Of a stretch of DNA of 64,000 nucleotides, positions 11,641 to 26,149 are shown in pieces. The stretch is from Camelus ferus. Lineage: Eukaryota. Where the stretch lies: contig NC_045707.1 in the NCBI RefSeq assembly GCF_009834535.1, positions 58,716,001 through 58,780,000 of the forward strand, written 5' to 3'. Below the pieces are notes generated by a model, which was not told where the DNA came from, did no database searches, and was given only the letters and a program-made list of their open reading frames with translations. The stretch's first letter is position 1, and each line of letters starts with the position of its first letter. Both the position numbers and the translations under genes were made by a program.

Positions 11641-13959
11641 CTGGGTAGCAGACTTTCGATTAGGTAATGCCTTATTTCACTTTATGCTACAAAAATATTT
11701 GAAGACGTTGTAACAATATTGTAAGGCAAATTTTTGAAAGTGTATTATAATGTGCGTAACAGTTTTGTTTCTTTCATGAAAGTGCTCTTAACACTGAAAT
11801 TCATGACACATGGAAGAGAAAGACTATGCCTGATTTAAAATAACAAAATTCCCTAGAGGTTGTTCTATATGGCACAATCTGTATCCAAGAGGGAAAAGTA
11901 AATGTAGACACTGAAGCAAGTCTTATATAAAGATTAAACACAACAGCACTTAACTATATTAGAATTTATACTATGCAGGTTAGAAGCATTATAACATTCA
12001 GTTAAGGTTCCTCTTTTACATATGGCTGAGGGAAGAAGAGCATTATCTTGAATATGCAGTTGACTATAAAATTATCTTTACTTGAGAAGTGTTACAATAG
12101 GACTTCTTAAGGGAACATTTATTACAGCTATAATTAATTAACTAACTTGCAATTATCATGTAACCTCCTCTGTTCACACTTAGCATGGCAATATAAATAA
12201 AACGTCATTTAAGGTTCATTAGGTAGAGAAAAGCATTACGTGCATGGAAGATATTTTAATTTCACTAACTTCACAAGTGATGTGAAATGAATCACCAAGT
12301 CAGAAGTTGCAAATATTTCTGAATCTGGATGGTAGGAAGAGGGCAGCATGTGCGTTTTGTTTCATAAGTCGATTTACTTCCCTTTTTGTTGCTCAGTTTG
12401 GAAAAGCATTCAGAAAGTGTATTTGCCTCAGCCCTCCAACTTTTCAGAACCAACCAGAGTCATTTAATTGGTTTTTTTTTTTTTAACTGATTTGTACAAT
12501 GTAGTACACTAGCACAGGATGTAGACTGAAAAAAAAAAAAAAAAAGAAAGAAAAGAAAGAAAACAATCTGCACTGCTCGTGCTGATGTATGGGGTAATTT
12601 TCCCAGACCCTTTCAATGCAATCTGCAAACGCATTAACAAAGGCTATAAAACATAACCAGTCTGTACTACCTGTAACACACAAGGGCAGGACACTGAAAA
12701 GTCTGAAACCACAGTTGGTATCTTCATTAGCAGAAATTACCTAGCGAAGGATGAAGCATACTACCACGTAGGACTTCAAAAGCCAAGCATATCTTGTAGA
12801 GCTTCCTGAATAAGAGAGTAATGTTCCAACCACTGAATTATAGGAAAAAGAAATATTTTTTATGACTATTGTTAACATAAAAGGATCCTTTGAAATAATG
12901 CTCTTAGAAAATCTATTACTGTTCTTATTTCCACGCTGAATGGCAGAAACTCCTACAAGCATTTTCTACTTCTTATTCCCATTTCAACTACTCTATTGCT
13001 TTTGAGACAAGGTCAGCAGGGAAAACACAGTTTTTATTTAAGGAAAAAAATATAAAATCTTCACCAAATTACCCAATCATCATACTCTGTTGATACTCGT
13101 TTATCTCTGTCCATATTGGTTCATTTCTGTGTTTTAGATTTTGAACTTCTAAAGCCAGCTGGGCAGGAACATGTTCTTCTGAATCTTTTTCATGTAAATG
13201 CTGTATTATAATACAACAATAATATGAGATTATGTTGAAAAGTATATTTTTCTGTTGGGAGTAAAAAAATACCTGATAAGGTCTGACAGGGCTGGTAGGA
13301 CACAAATAACTGCAGAGAAAGGAGATTTGAAGTGGCTTGTCAACCAACAATGCATTATTTGGTCAAAGTTTTCTATCCCATTTTTCATGGGGACATCTTT
13401 GAGATGATGAAAATAACCATGTATTTCTATAATATTACTTGAACAAGCTAGCAACAATGTCATCTTATGGATCTGGTGTTACTCGATATGCCTCTTCTGT
13501 TCCTTTATCCTGATCAAATATGGAGATCTTTATCCATTTAGACTATGCCTATACAGAGACAAGCTCACATGAATACAGCTCGGGAATGTGTAAGATCATC
13601 TATCCATCTGCAGACGGGCAATCTGACCATTAAAATTCGGCCAGTGGTTGATGCTAAATTGTTATCTATTTAGAGGCAAATCCAAAATAATTGGTACGAT
13701 GCTGTATCTTTAAATTAATTGTTGCAAATATAATTTATCTTACTAAAGCTTCTTATTTATGGTTTTAGATAACTTATTTCTACTGCTACAAGCTAAACTA
13801 TCTATAGCATATGATGTTTTAGTTTGACTACTTGGGAAAAAAGGAATTCAATTTTTCAGATACTTTGGATATGATATTATTTAATGGCTTCAAGTTGTAC
13901 GTGGTTGTCACTTACTGAAATCTTTTGGTTTTCAACTTGCTGTCTACATAGGTTATAGT

Positions 13960-14340
13960 ATCTAGAGCACATAGAATATGGCAGGCACTGTTGAGAGAGG
14001 CGACCATGACACACAAGATCCCTATGCTCATGGAATCAACAAAACAAGTGAATCAGCATAACTCCAGATAATAATAGTGGCCATGAAGAAAAATATAGGC
14101 AGATAAGACTTAAAAAAAAAATTAGGCAGAAAGCAGCCAGGAGAGACTATTTGAGATAGTGTGGTCCTGGAAAGATACTTGAGCAGAAATCAGGGTAAGG
14201 TGAGGAAAACAGCTGTGTGGGGACCCAGGCAGAAACCTTCTGGGTAGAGAGAATTGGAAGCTTGTTGCCCGAGGCAAGGCACTTTGGGCTCAAGAAAGAG
14301 GAAAACGACGCGATCTTAAGAGCCTTTAACACAGCCGAGT
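13960..14340 (-). mobile_element. L2 LINE 3' fragment
   Basis: tatggcaggcactgttg..ccctatgctcatggaatc..ggccatgaagaaaa..gatacttgagcaga, typical antisense L2. Confidence 0.7.
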
Positions 14341-15299
14341 AAAGCAGTTTCCAAATATTAAAGTTAGATTATTGTGTGGATAATTTCAGGGGGTCTATAA
14401 AAGGGTATGGAAGGAACACGTCGGTATCCAATGCTGTGTGGGTTTTCAAGCAGCCATAAACACATTCTCATAGCCAAAAACAAATAATTGAGCCAAGAAA
14501 CCAAGTGATTCCCAATAAAATAAAACCAACAGTGTTTTATTTTAATATGCCCTGTTGTTTTCCCTAACTGCGGAATGGCATTTTCCCATCAGGAAAGAAC
14601 ATGTTAAATGGATGGGCAATATTTTCTAGTGATCAAAATTATACAAATACATTAAGCACCCAGAGAAGGCAACTATCTCTTAGTGTTCACTTTCTTGTTT
14701 CCATAACCAGGACACTAACGTCTCCTTAATTGGGAAACACTAACTCTGTGTACTTGGAATATGTTTATAGGACAGGCATAATTTCTACTCTCACTGGGTT
14801 AAAACTTTCTTCTTTCTTGAAAGTGTTCAAATAGAAGCATAAATGCTGTAGCCATTCTGTTAACTTAGAATTAGAAAAGGAAGCAATTTTAAACGCTTGA
14901 ATAGTAATATTTTCTTAAGAAATGAGAAACTAAAAAGATGCATAAAATTAAGAAAACAAGCTTTAAAATGTAATTCTTCACTACAGTGCTATACCAAAAG
15001 CATTTATAGCTCGAGGGTTTTTTTTTTTAATATCTATTTTCAGTACCTTACATCTACCGCTGAGGAGGAAGATTCATTCTGAAGTAATTGCACACTCATA
15101 TATATATAGGCATAAGCTACTTTGCTTAGCAAAATCACAAACTTTCCAACAATGTATGTTACATTAATGTTACCAACTTTCTCGAAAGGTCACTTAAACA
15201 GGTACGATGTTTGACATTTAGAAAAAGGGGAAAAAAAAAACAAAAAAACCCACCTAGAGCCAGATAGTCTTTACCACTTTCTACTACTTAGAAGCTCTT

Positions 15300-15472
15300 C
15301 TATATACAAATGTATATAAAAATATGCATATACACTGTATACATGGCAGAATGAAACATATAGCCTGTATGTATACATGTATATTCTATATATGCATAAA
15401 AGACATAGCTACACATGTTATGTGTGTGTTGTACATACGTGTAGATGCATGTGTCTACACACATATATATGC
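15300..15472. repeat. Degenerate alternating purine-pyrimidine (TA/CA/TG) tract
   Basis: tatatacaaatgtatata...gtgtagatgcatgtgtctacacacatatatat seen directly. Confidence 0.8.
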
Positions 15473-17029
15473 CTAAGAAATCAAATTACATGTTTTATTC
15501 AACAATGTAAAATAATAAACAGAAACTGACACAAAGCGTACTTCTAATTTTTCTCTAGATTTATGAGTCATGAATAGTCTTCCCAAAGCAAGCCACTGAA
15601 CTTAGTTCCCAATGATTTTAAAAATGGCTATTAGAAACTCCAAGGTTCAGTATAATTTAAGCCTCATTTCCAGGCTTCCGAATGCTTCTATAAAGCTTAA
15701 GCAAATATCATTATATTCTGGCTTTAAGTTGAAGAGTTTTTAGAGTCAAACTAGAGGAAATGGAATCATGCTGATAAGGCTTGTGATTCATACTGAAGTA
15801 AGAGTAATGATGGCTCAGATAATGCTGGTTTTTTTTTTTTTTTTTTTTTTGCCTCCAAGGGAAAAGTACTGTGCATTCAGGCTTGAGTGTTTAATACACG
15901 TATCATGTCAAAAGACTTCTAGACAAATCAGAGCTACCTAAATGGTAAAATCACGTATAGAACTTCGGATAGAAAACACTCCACTTGGTGTTTGTGAAAA
16001 TTAATTAATTAGTGTACACACACGTGGGCTTTAGCTTTTGAATGTATGAATTCTGTCTGCCTAAGGAAACATTTCGTAAGTGTATTCTGCATAAGGGTAT
16101 TCCGCTTTGCAATTGACTGTCCAAAGTTCACAATAAATGCAGGATTAAGTAGCTACTAGCCTGGAGCTATTAAAAAATAAAACATGTAGCGAACAAGCAG
16201 GCCTCCGAGAAGACAATACATCTTCACAGAAGAACAAAGCAGAACTAAATTCTCTTTTAGCCTCATTCTCTGATCCAAATTCTTTCTTAATAAAATCATT
16301 ACAGCATGAAAACTATAATAGTACAGACAAAAAACACCTCTGCAGCATCCCCCTTGCAGAGGTAATAGTCAAGCTCAACAAAGACAACAGAATGTATCTA
16401 GGAAGGCTAGCACATGATAATTCTCAGAAAATATTTGTTAAATGAATGAATGAACGAATGAGTGTTGTCACTGCTCAGGAATTTATTCCTAGCCCAAGAC
16501 TTTACAATGTATACGTTCAGTTAATATTTGATTATTAAATGAATAAATACCTCTATAGCTCTAGAATGCTAAAGATGGGTTACAGATTACATTAACATAC
16601 TGTCAAGCAGAATTCTGGCTCTGGATATTAATACAGCAGCTCGTTTTGGCCACGGAGCATGAATTAGCTCTACTGTCACAGAAGCACAGCCCTGGGTTCC
16701 GTCATCAGTTCTGCCATTAAGGAGACGGCACAAGCAGCAGCCTGCGGTAGGTGCTCCCCTAGCCATCCTTGAATCTGCCTTGCTGCTCGCTGGCCAGGAA
16801 CCTCTTTCAACCCTGTTTCCCAGAAAGTAAGTCCTTTCTGTCACCAACTCCAATTTCTTAGCACCCTTGCCAGTCACTCAAGGCTGGGTTAGAGACTGCC
16901 TTTTCACCTGCTTCCCCTTTATTCTTCCTCTCTCAACCTTTGAGAGGTTAGCAGTTCTACTGCCCTATGTCGGGTCAGAATGCCCTTCCAGGCAGTCTTT
17001 CTGGGAAGAATTTGAAAGAATTCCAGCTA

Positions 17030-17345
17030 CAGATTAGGTAATATGATGATAAAAACTAGGAATTTCCTGACATTGATAATTACACTGTGTTTCTATAAGA
17101 AAAGGTGCTTTTTCTTAGGAAATACAGACAATTACTTAGGGATAAAGAGGCATGATGTCTGCAACCTGCAGGCAAATGGTTCAGGGGAAAAAATGTGTGT
17201 GTGTGCACGCGTGCACAGGGGGAGAGAGAGACTGACAGAAACAGGGACTGATAAAGCAAATGGCACAGGATATAAACAACTGCTGAATCTCAGGATGAGT
17301 GTATGGTAATTCTTGGTAGTTGTCTTGTAACTTCTCTGTAGGAAT
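17030..17345 (+). mobile_element. Ancient L1 (L1MC4-type) 3' end fragment
   Basis: aatttcctgacattgataattacactgtg, ttcttaggaaatac, ggcatgatgtctgcaac..caaatggttcag; same family as 4625-5090. Confidence 0.8.
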
Positions 17346-18142
17346 AAAATAAAATAATGCTGTAATAATAAATGTATTATTGTAAAATATGTAAGAATTT
17401 TAAAAATGAAAGTTACTAAAAACAACAACTCTAGGCTGTGTCTTCAGTATCTGATCCCAAAGAAAATGCTCACCAGACTGGGCCCTGTAACTTCTGTGAG
17501 TCCGGACTGTTTTCCGTGAAGTCTTTGACGCTCCTCCACCTCAAGCCTGAGCCAGGCTCAGGATCCTACCTTCTATGGGTCACACATCAGCTGCAGGGCC
17601 ACAGAACTCTGTATGCTGCGTGTAAGGATCTCCAAACGGTCTTCCTAAAGCCCCCTTTCTCTAGGTTTCATGTGAAAGGGAAGCTTTCTTTATGTGCCTC
17701 CATGAAGACTCAAAGCATATTAACAACTATATTTTTTAAAAAATTATTCAATTTCCAACAACCTGGCTTCTCCTACTTTGATCTTTCTATGAAAGTTCTA
17801 TGTGGCTTCTAGCCCCTTGATTTGAAATGTGCAGGTTTTATCACCTCTCTTTCCTTCTTGACCTTTGAGACCTTTTCTGAAACTAAATCAAAGGAATTAA
17901 ATACCCGAGTAGCGTGATGATTCTTAACTCATAACCTCCAAGAAAAGGACAGAAATTACTGACTTTTTTTCCTAGGATAAGTTAAAAAAAGTGACCTGGC
18001 AGCAAAATTTTATCTAAAGGTCATTTCTAGCACAGAGACTGATGTACACACAGATTTTCTCATCTTTTCAAAGATAGGTCTTGGTTGTTTTGCGGTATAT
18101 TTTAGCTTCCGATTTTACTCTGTGAGGAAGCTTCATCCAACA

Positions 18143-18597
18143 TAGTGGTTCTCAAATGTATTTGGTCTCAGAACTTCATTACACTCAAATTCTTGAGGAT
18201 TCCAAGAGAGCTCTTGTGTATGTGAGTTATACCTGCGCATACATGTATAGCCTACTAAAATTTTAAATAATGAAAAATTTTAATAAGTTATTAAAATAAC
18301 AATAAAACTATAACATATTAATAGAATTGACATGTTTTAAAACATAACTGTATTCCCAAGCAAAAAATGTTTCACACATTTGCAAATCTTTTAAAACTTC
18401 TATTTTCTTAGCAGGCAGCTGAACTCTCCTGTCTGCTGCTTTAATCAATTTGTTGTGTTGTTATATATCACATAACCTCTGGAAAACATTATAATATCAT
18501 TATACAATGAGATTTTAAAAGGTACAAAAGTTTGATCTCATAGACTAGGTCTTTGAGCCTGCAGGGGTTCCCAGACCACATACTTTGAGAACCACTA
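18143..18597. mobile_element. hAT-Charlie (Charlie1-type) non-autonomous DNA transposon
   Basis: 14-bp terminal inverted repeats tagtggttctcaaa (18143) / tttgagaaccacta (to 18597); degenerate 8-bp flanks atccaaca / atctagaa resembling the Charlie target NTCTAGAN; Charlie1-like subterminal sequence. Confidence 0.85.
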
Positions 18598-18619
18598 ATC
18601 TAGAAGACCCAGCATTTGC

Positions 18620-18845
18620 TTTGGAGTGAACATCCTGAGTTTGAATCCTACCTTTGCCTCTAAATGGGCTTAAAGCCTCAGTTGAATTATTTACCCTGAC
18701 TGACTCAGGGTAAGTAATTTCCTAAATGATTGACTCATTCCATCATTTAGGAAATTGAGTTCATGCCTCTTCATAGAGAATTAAATGAAATAATATAAAG
18801 CATCTGCTAATACTTTAGCACAAATCAGCCAATACTCAGTAAGTT
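18620..18845 (+). mobile_element. MIR SINE
   Basis: cctgagtttgaatcctacctttgcc B-box region and 3' gaattaaatgaaataat..ttagcaca..ctcagtaa. Confidence 0.7.
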
Positions 18846-20406
18846 TCCCCTCTTACACTTCCTTCTGCAAATTCACTAGCACTCACAGTTACACGGTCAA
18901 TGTCTGTACGGATTTGTGTGTGAACTTGGTAGGGCTGTATTTTACCTTCCTCTTTTTCAGTGTCCTTGAATAGCTACCTCACTGGAGATGTATGGTGACA
19001 AAACAAAATGATAGATTTTAAGATGCTTTGAAAAAGTAGAAAGGACATTAAACTATAAGAAATGCACTTACTTTGGGAACAGAATAATGTTAATGAATAA
19101 GTCCGCTACTTCAATCAAATTCAACTCTTTAAAAGACAAAATAAAAATCTGAGTCATGATAAACTATTCTCTTAAGAAGTCTAGATTTGGAAATCATACA
19201 TTTTCTAAACCCCTCATTCTATTGTCAAGTTCTTCAGCACACTGAAGGGTAAAATGTTTTTCTAGAAGGTAGATGGTGACACTTTGTTGATTCTTCCATC
19301 ACTAGCTAACTTTCTGATTGGGAGCAAATCAACCTCTTTGAACAGCAGTTTTCATCTTTAAAATGATTTTTTTGATGGTTAGGTTTATCTTTTCAGCTCC
19401 CAAATTGAATAATGCTATTATTCTTTTTCTGTAATCATTGGCTTTTTGTAAAAAGAAAAAAAAATATATATATATATGCACAACTTTAATTTAACTTTAA
19501 CTGTGCATAGAGGAAAAGTATGAGGTATCTTGATAATAACCATTCTTCATACAAAGGAAAATAAACCAGTATTAGAGAAATTCACCAGAAGAAAGAAAAG
19601 TTCCTATTTTACGGGCTCTTGATAGAATCTGTACCCTTTAGCTCCATTTCTTTTCTCAATAGTCCAAAACCAATTTTATAACTCGGTTGTCTCCCAGCTA
19701 AATGTGCAGCCACTGCAGAGACGAGTTTGTGAAGCTTAACCATACAAAATGGTATATCTAAAGAGAGCCCGCATATATTTGCAGGGACGTTTTTATAGTT
19801 GAAAGGAGCTTTGCTTCAGTTTGTTTTCCTTTTTTTTTTTCCTTTCTGCTGTGGGCTTACAAAAACTATTAACACAAAGAGATATATTAAGAATAGAATA
19901 TAGAGAAATTGAATAGGCCTAGAAAAGCTGCGGTTTACACCTGCAATTACATTAAAACTCCAGCATGCACCACCGTTGACTGAGGAAGAGACAATGTCAC
20001 AGAGTTTCTAACCTCATTAACAGTATTATTGAAAAGCTGCATCAGTTCTTCATGAAACCATTTAGAGTTCTTAACCACACTGTGTTTCTACTTCACCACC
20101 CATTAGGCTGTCTTGCTTAGCACGAGCCTAGGAGGAATTAAACGCTGCAGGTTTCTTCAAAGGGTTCGTAAAGTAAACAATATTTAAACATTGGAAGGAT
20201 GCATTTTCTTCCAAGTGTTTCCTGTCCAAAGCACAGGAAATACAAACCTATTGCTGTGGACAGGTAACAGCAGGTCATATGAGCAATATGAACGGACGAA
20301 TGTGTCCATCTTCATCGACTTTTCTACAGGAGTGACTGAATTGGGAAAGGAATGCCTGGCGTGTACACAACAGTGGGGAGGAAAAAGAAATCCCTTCTCC
20401 AAGTTC

Positions 20407-20410
<4 letters not shown>

Positions 20411-20456
<46 letters not shown>
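20411..20456. repeat. (GT)23 microsatellite
   Basis: Perfect dinucleotide run seen directly. Confidence 0.98.
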
Positions 20457-20458
<2 letters not shown>

Positions 20459-21999
20459 TGTGCATATATAAAAAATATATACATAATATATATTATACAT
20501 ATAATTTTCCATTATTTATATTAATTTCCTGCTAAGACTTTGTGTTCTGAAAAAAAAAAAAAAAGAAATTGACTTCACTTTAACAGTGCATAATATTTTC
20601 TCCTGTTTCAGAGTGGAGGCAAATTAGTGCACACTTTCATTATCCTGACAGGGACACATCCTGGGTGTTCTGTTAATTGAAATGGACAACTTCCTAGGCT
20701 TAAAAATCTGTCAAGTGGTCTTACTGCAGCAACATAAGCCTAAGCACAGGCACAGACGAAATGAGTCACATTCGCAACCTGCTGCTGGGTAAATTGATTT
20801 AGGGGGAGAGAAACTGCACGTTGGAAAATAAACTGATGATCACAGAAACGTACATTAAAAAAAACTGCTATTTCGTGCCAATGAAGGACACCCTTAGTAG
20901 TGTACTTCATTTGCATTTGAGGTCACCAATGCTGTGAAGACCAAGGTCAGGGGAAAAAAGAGTCCAAATAATTTATTGTAGATTTGCAGTGTCAGGTCCT
21001 GTATCAACTTGGAATGTAGTCTTCATTCCCTGTAATTGACACTGCTTTTGTTTCTCAAAATGAGGTTTTGCATCAGCTCTCTGGGTAAGTATCCTATGGT
21101 GCAGTATATTACCCAAAAGCAATTTGTAGAGGTGTTGAAAGGAAAACAAATATTAATGTAGTTTTGCATCACAAGACACACCTACTTACTTGATAAATGG
21201 CTTATGAAAATGAAAGCATTTTAATACTGCAAGAATGGATTAGTATTTTGACTTCACAGGCAAAACTGGCTTCTGCTTTCTCTAGCCCCAAATTTTCTCT
21301 TTCTCTGACATGAATGGAGTTTAGTAGAAAGAAATTGCTGTAGGTTTTTCCCCACTTGTTAAAAATAAACCCCCACAACCCCAAATGACATTTTCCCTAG
21401 CAAAGTTAAAAGCAATTACCATAGTACTACAATTAGGCTGATGCATCACAGAAAAAGTCTCTCATATTGGCTACTCTTGATCATTACATCTATACAGGTA
21501 CCACCTGTATCAGGTAAGACACTCTGAGCTACGGTGTTTGTATTTATCTTTATCTTAATTATGATATTAGTCATCACTATAAAATTTTTGTCGCTATAAC
21601 CTCAATAAGTTTTGCACTATAATTCTGGCACTGCAGATGGTCATTCAAACTAGCTAACTTTTGGGTAACTCCATTGGGCTTCAAATTTCTGCAACAGTGT
21701 AAAGAATCACCCCTAAATTATTTAAAGAAGGGCATAACAGAATACACATAAATGAGATATTATGCCCATATATTTATTAAACCTGAGATCACATTATCCT
21801 GTCTTTGTTTGACTGCATTTCTCTCCTCATTAGACTGCCAGACCACAACCAGACATTTTTGATACAGGACAGGTGCTCAAAAACCACTTGCTGAATGAAT
21901 AATGGAGTGGAACGAGATACAGAGGAATGTAAAACTGAGATATAGCAACGCCTTCATATAACTGATGAGTGCCCTACTTTCAATAGGAATTTGACAAAG

Positions 22000-22185
22000 A
22001 GCTACCATTTATAAAGTGCTTATTATGTGCTAAGGGGCATATTAAGACACCTTACCTACATTATTTCATTTAATCCTAGAAATGATTCTAGGGGCAGATG
22101 GTATCCTCCCATGGTGAGGATAATAAAACTGCGTCTCAGAGAGAGTCCAAGAGAGGCACACAAGGTTGTACACCTAATAATTCAT
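22000..22185 (-). mobile_element. MIR SINE
   Basis: gctaccatttataaagtgcttattatgtgc..ttatttcatttaatcct..aaactgcgtctcagagag..caaggttgtacac. Confidence 0.8.
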
Positions 22186-22659
22186 GGCAACTGTGAATAA
22201 TTTGAAAAAGATACATATTAAAGAAAACCTTTAACTATCAAAGGACCCAGTCTTAGTCTTCCTTATTGAAGCCAAATGAGGATACCTGTAAGGGGCATCT
22301 TTTCCTCCAGCAAAGTCCAGCTCGAGGATACTTTCCGATCCCCAAAGAGCAGCTGTTGTTCTCTAGGCCTTGATGTGACTTCTGTTGGCTCCAGCCACCC
22401 AAGAGGCATCCATTTCTAGCACTTTGTTCCTCTCTAGCGTTTGGCTTTCACTCAGAATTAAGAACTTAACAGATTTGAAAAACTTCGAAAAGCTCCATCT
22501 TTTGCCCTAAACTGAGACTTTCTCCTACTGATAAAAGAAACCTTGGCCTCCTTCCTCTCCCTAATTATTCACAGCCACTCATGCTACACTACCCTTCTAG
22601 TAAACACTAACCTTTTTGTTTTTTCCCTCAAATTGATTACTTGTTTTAACCCTTCCCAC

Positions 22660-23315
22660 TGACCACTTTCTGCCTGGGCTATGGCAATGGCTTCCTTACT
22701 AGACGCCCTACCCCTAGTCTCTGATTTCTAATGCCTCACATTACTCCTTCTATCCATTTATTATCTTGCTGAGAGTTACTTTATCAAAGTACAATCCAAT
22801 CATGTCAATTTTCTAGTTAAAAATCTTCAATATGAAATTCCTTAGCAGAGCATGCAGGGCTTTTATCAACCTCATTTTGTATTTTTCAACCTCCTCTTCT
22901 CACATTGGCTCCCAGCTCTCACCGCATGTTGTGACTACGCTGAAGTCCCCTAGCCATGATGTGTCATACACACATTTTATATTTCTCCTGGTAGTATCCC
23001 ACACATTGCTCACAACCCTTCCTCATTTATCAATTCTGTTATTGGCTTATTTGTTTTTCATATTTTTTTAATATCTCTGGAGTGAACCTTTACTATTTTT
23101 TTTCCCCAAATTATTATACTTGGTTTTTCTGTTTGGGGTTTATCTACATGCCTCAGTTAGAGCTACTACTACTCCGTTGTGGTTATTTGCTTACATACCT
23201 GATTATTTCATTAGAACGTGAGCCCTCTGAAAACAAGGCCTATAATTGGTTAGTTCTATCTTCTTAATATTGAGCATAGTGCCCAGCACAAAATAAATGA
23301 CTAATTCAAATAAGT
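22660..23315 (+). mobile_element. L2 LINE 3' portion
   Basis: cctgggctatggcaatggcttccttact..catgtcaat..ttaaaaatcttcaa..ttagaacgtgagccc..catagtgcccagcaca. Confidence 0.75.
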
Positions 23316-24619
23316 GTAAAATGTGCATACTATTTTATTTCTAATATTTTTGTCTCCTGACCGGAAGTCATATTTTCCTTAAACGTAAGTATCTACTATG
23401 ATAACAGAGAGCAGTTCCCAGGTCTCCCCTGGCTGTCCTGGGGCTGTCCTCTTCAATACCACCTTTGGAAATCTTGAGAAATATTAGAGTTACTGTACTT
23501 TCTCCTCTGTCTCCTATCAGGAATTTCAAATAGGTCACCAAGTCTTCACAGCTGTTAACCTCAAAAATGGGTGATGGAAGTTAAAAAACAAAATGGATAT
23601 GAATACAATAAACCCTTTGTCCTGATCTGGGAGATGACAAAGGGACAAATGCTTTGTCTCTCCAAATGTCCAAAGTGCTTTTAGCTAGTATATGGTGAAA
23701 TTTAGATCTTTGGTGGCCTTTATCTATCTTAATACCCTAACCTTCTAATAAAAAATAGTTGTCTCAAGTTACGGCTAGTCGAGGGTCACTAAGTTGTTAC
23801 AAACTGAATGGAAGACCAAATGTAGATATTTAAATCCTAAGCATAAACTGGAACTTAAATGTCCTCCATGACATCATCAGAAATAACTTTTACTCTGTTT
23901 AAAAATCCATTTCAAATTAAGTTGCAGAGAGCACTGCTACCCATTTAATGCTCATAGATTTTGTAATTGAGTTTTTCCCCTTTAAATTTATAAACATACC
24001 ACAGGATAATATTTCTGACACTAGTGCACTTAGTAAATAATTTAATAGATCCCAGTTCTGAAAAACTGACCTCTATGTAGTTTACCTTGCTGTCCTTTGC
24101 CAAGTTATAAATAAAAATGCAGCAGTAGTTTTCAGTTGAAGTAAAATTACAACCTGTATGACAGCAATAGAACTGAGGACAGCTGTTTAAATAGGAACAA
24201 TGTGACTCCAAAGGAAAATATAATGCTTATGGAAACACACTCAATGCAGCCCTAATTCTAGAAAGAACAAGTAAGAGATTAGAACACTGAAGAGCCATGG
24301 ATCTATTCTTCTTAGCTTTTATCCGAACATAATGTGTAAGAAAATTCACTGTAAATGCCCTACCTCACACAAGTTGTGAAAGGATATAAAATCTTTGATG
24401 CAATTAGAGCAAAACAACTTCTTTTTTTTAAACTTTGTCCGCTTTTTTTTTGTTTTCATTACACACTCCATTTAGAATGATAACATACCAATAACAAATC
24501 TCAGCTATATTAGTTGAAAGTGCTTTGGTGAAGGAAGAGCCATCATCTGACCCAATTAATCTTGATTTGGGATAAGCGCTTGATAAATGATTTCCCAGGA
24601 AGGGAGGCGCCATGGCTCA

Positions 24620-24740
24620 TTGCCCTTCGTTTTCATCTTGGATCTGCCATGTACTCACTGTGTGACCTTGGTGAAGTCATTTGACCTCTTCTTACCCCTT
24701 TTCATTTGTAAAGTATAGCTAATCCTGGCCAACCTCACTT
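24620..24740 (+). mobile_element. MIR SINE core fragment
   Basis: tctgccatgtactcactgtgtgaccttggtgaagtcatttgacctct..catttgtaaa. Confidence 0.7.
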
Positions 24741-26149
24741 GGCAAAAATCAAACACCAGCTCTATATATTCAATAGATATGAAGGAGGAAGATCAATGAT
24801 ATAGAGGGAAAATATGGTGGAATAAGATGTCCACATCACTCACATAAGCCTCCGAACAAATTGTCTTTATGTAGAACTGAGTGTCTTCAACAACTATGTA
24901 CTTTGAATTCATTTAAACAAACAGGTGTTATAATATTTATTTTGGTCCATTAGACATAGACCTGCTGGCTACATAAGACTGGAATAATACACATAAAATG
25001 TTTATTGGCTAAGTCTATTTAATGCATACACTTTTTTTTTTTTTTTTTTGGCTATTTTGGCTCTGGCTCTTCTAATCTAAACCATGAGCAAGGTAGTAAG
25101 TGTTAAAGACAAAAATATTAATCAGATAAAGAAACTGCCCACAAGACAATATCTGGTGGCAACTGATGTGCACAGATAAACAAAAAAAAAAAAAAAAGAA
25201 AGAAAAGCAAATAAAACGTTGACTACTTATTGTTATTTAAAATGAAGGGACAATATTACAAATATTTAAAATGGAGTTGAGCCTAAGAAGTATAAGCTTA
25301 TATTAGAATACAACTTTGGCTTTGATTCTTACATTTGATATGAAGATTTTGGAATATGTTTTCCAAGAGAAGAAATATTTCCACCAAATACAGGCATGAT
25401 ACAGAATGGTTAGAGGGAAGAAGAATTCAAAACATATTCTAAATGGATCAAATATTTGATAAGAGTTGTGATCACATTTGAGTGTAGATTTTAGGTTAGA
25501 TTTAAGAAAAAATAAATCGTATTTATTATGAAAGTTGTTTGTGATTAAAGTATCTAAATTGTTTTTTCATGAAAAGTTGTCAAAAAGAGGATAGATTTCT
25601 TTGTTTACATAAATTGATACAATCACAGAACACTTTTTATATGAAGATTAAAAACAATGTACCATTTCATTCTCTAACATATTTTGCTGGCACATTCTAG
25701 AATGATCTAGAAAAAAGGTGCTTTTTCTTATACTCTTATCAAGAATTGATCTGAGGTTTTGGTTTGTTTCTAGAATTGGGCTTGACTGGATGCTTTATTC
25801 AGACCTCCCGGAACTGGGTGAGGTATTATATGGAGATAACTGAAGAAATATAAATGGAATATGCCCAAGCTGCTTGCAGGTAAATTGGGGAGATGAGTTA
25901 GTCAGAAAGAGCTACCACTTACACAAATGGGTGATACCACAGCATCCACTTGCAAGAAAGTTGCCTAAAACTTAAAGTGCATAATTGTGGTTCCTGTGTA
26001 GAAATAGTTAACCCATCTCTGCCTTCCTGGTACTTATTACTGGGTCCAGCACATAGCAAATATTGAATAAATGTTTGATGAACCCACACTGAATGGGATT
26101 GAAATCATACTCTGCAATACTCTGACTTGCTTAAAGAATTTTAAATTCC

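Noticed and set aside
12526..12570. Very long minus-strand pyrimidine tract ending CAG
   Set aside because: Explained by an A-rich simple repeat; no good downstream donor found
17438..17812. 124-aa ORF
   Set aside because: Non-ATG start, no recognisable homology, no convincing splice boundaries
20191..20535. 114-aa ORF with CVCVCV run, and overlapping HTHT ORFs
   Set aside because: Frames held open by the (GT)23 microsatellite
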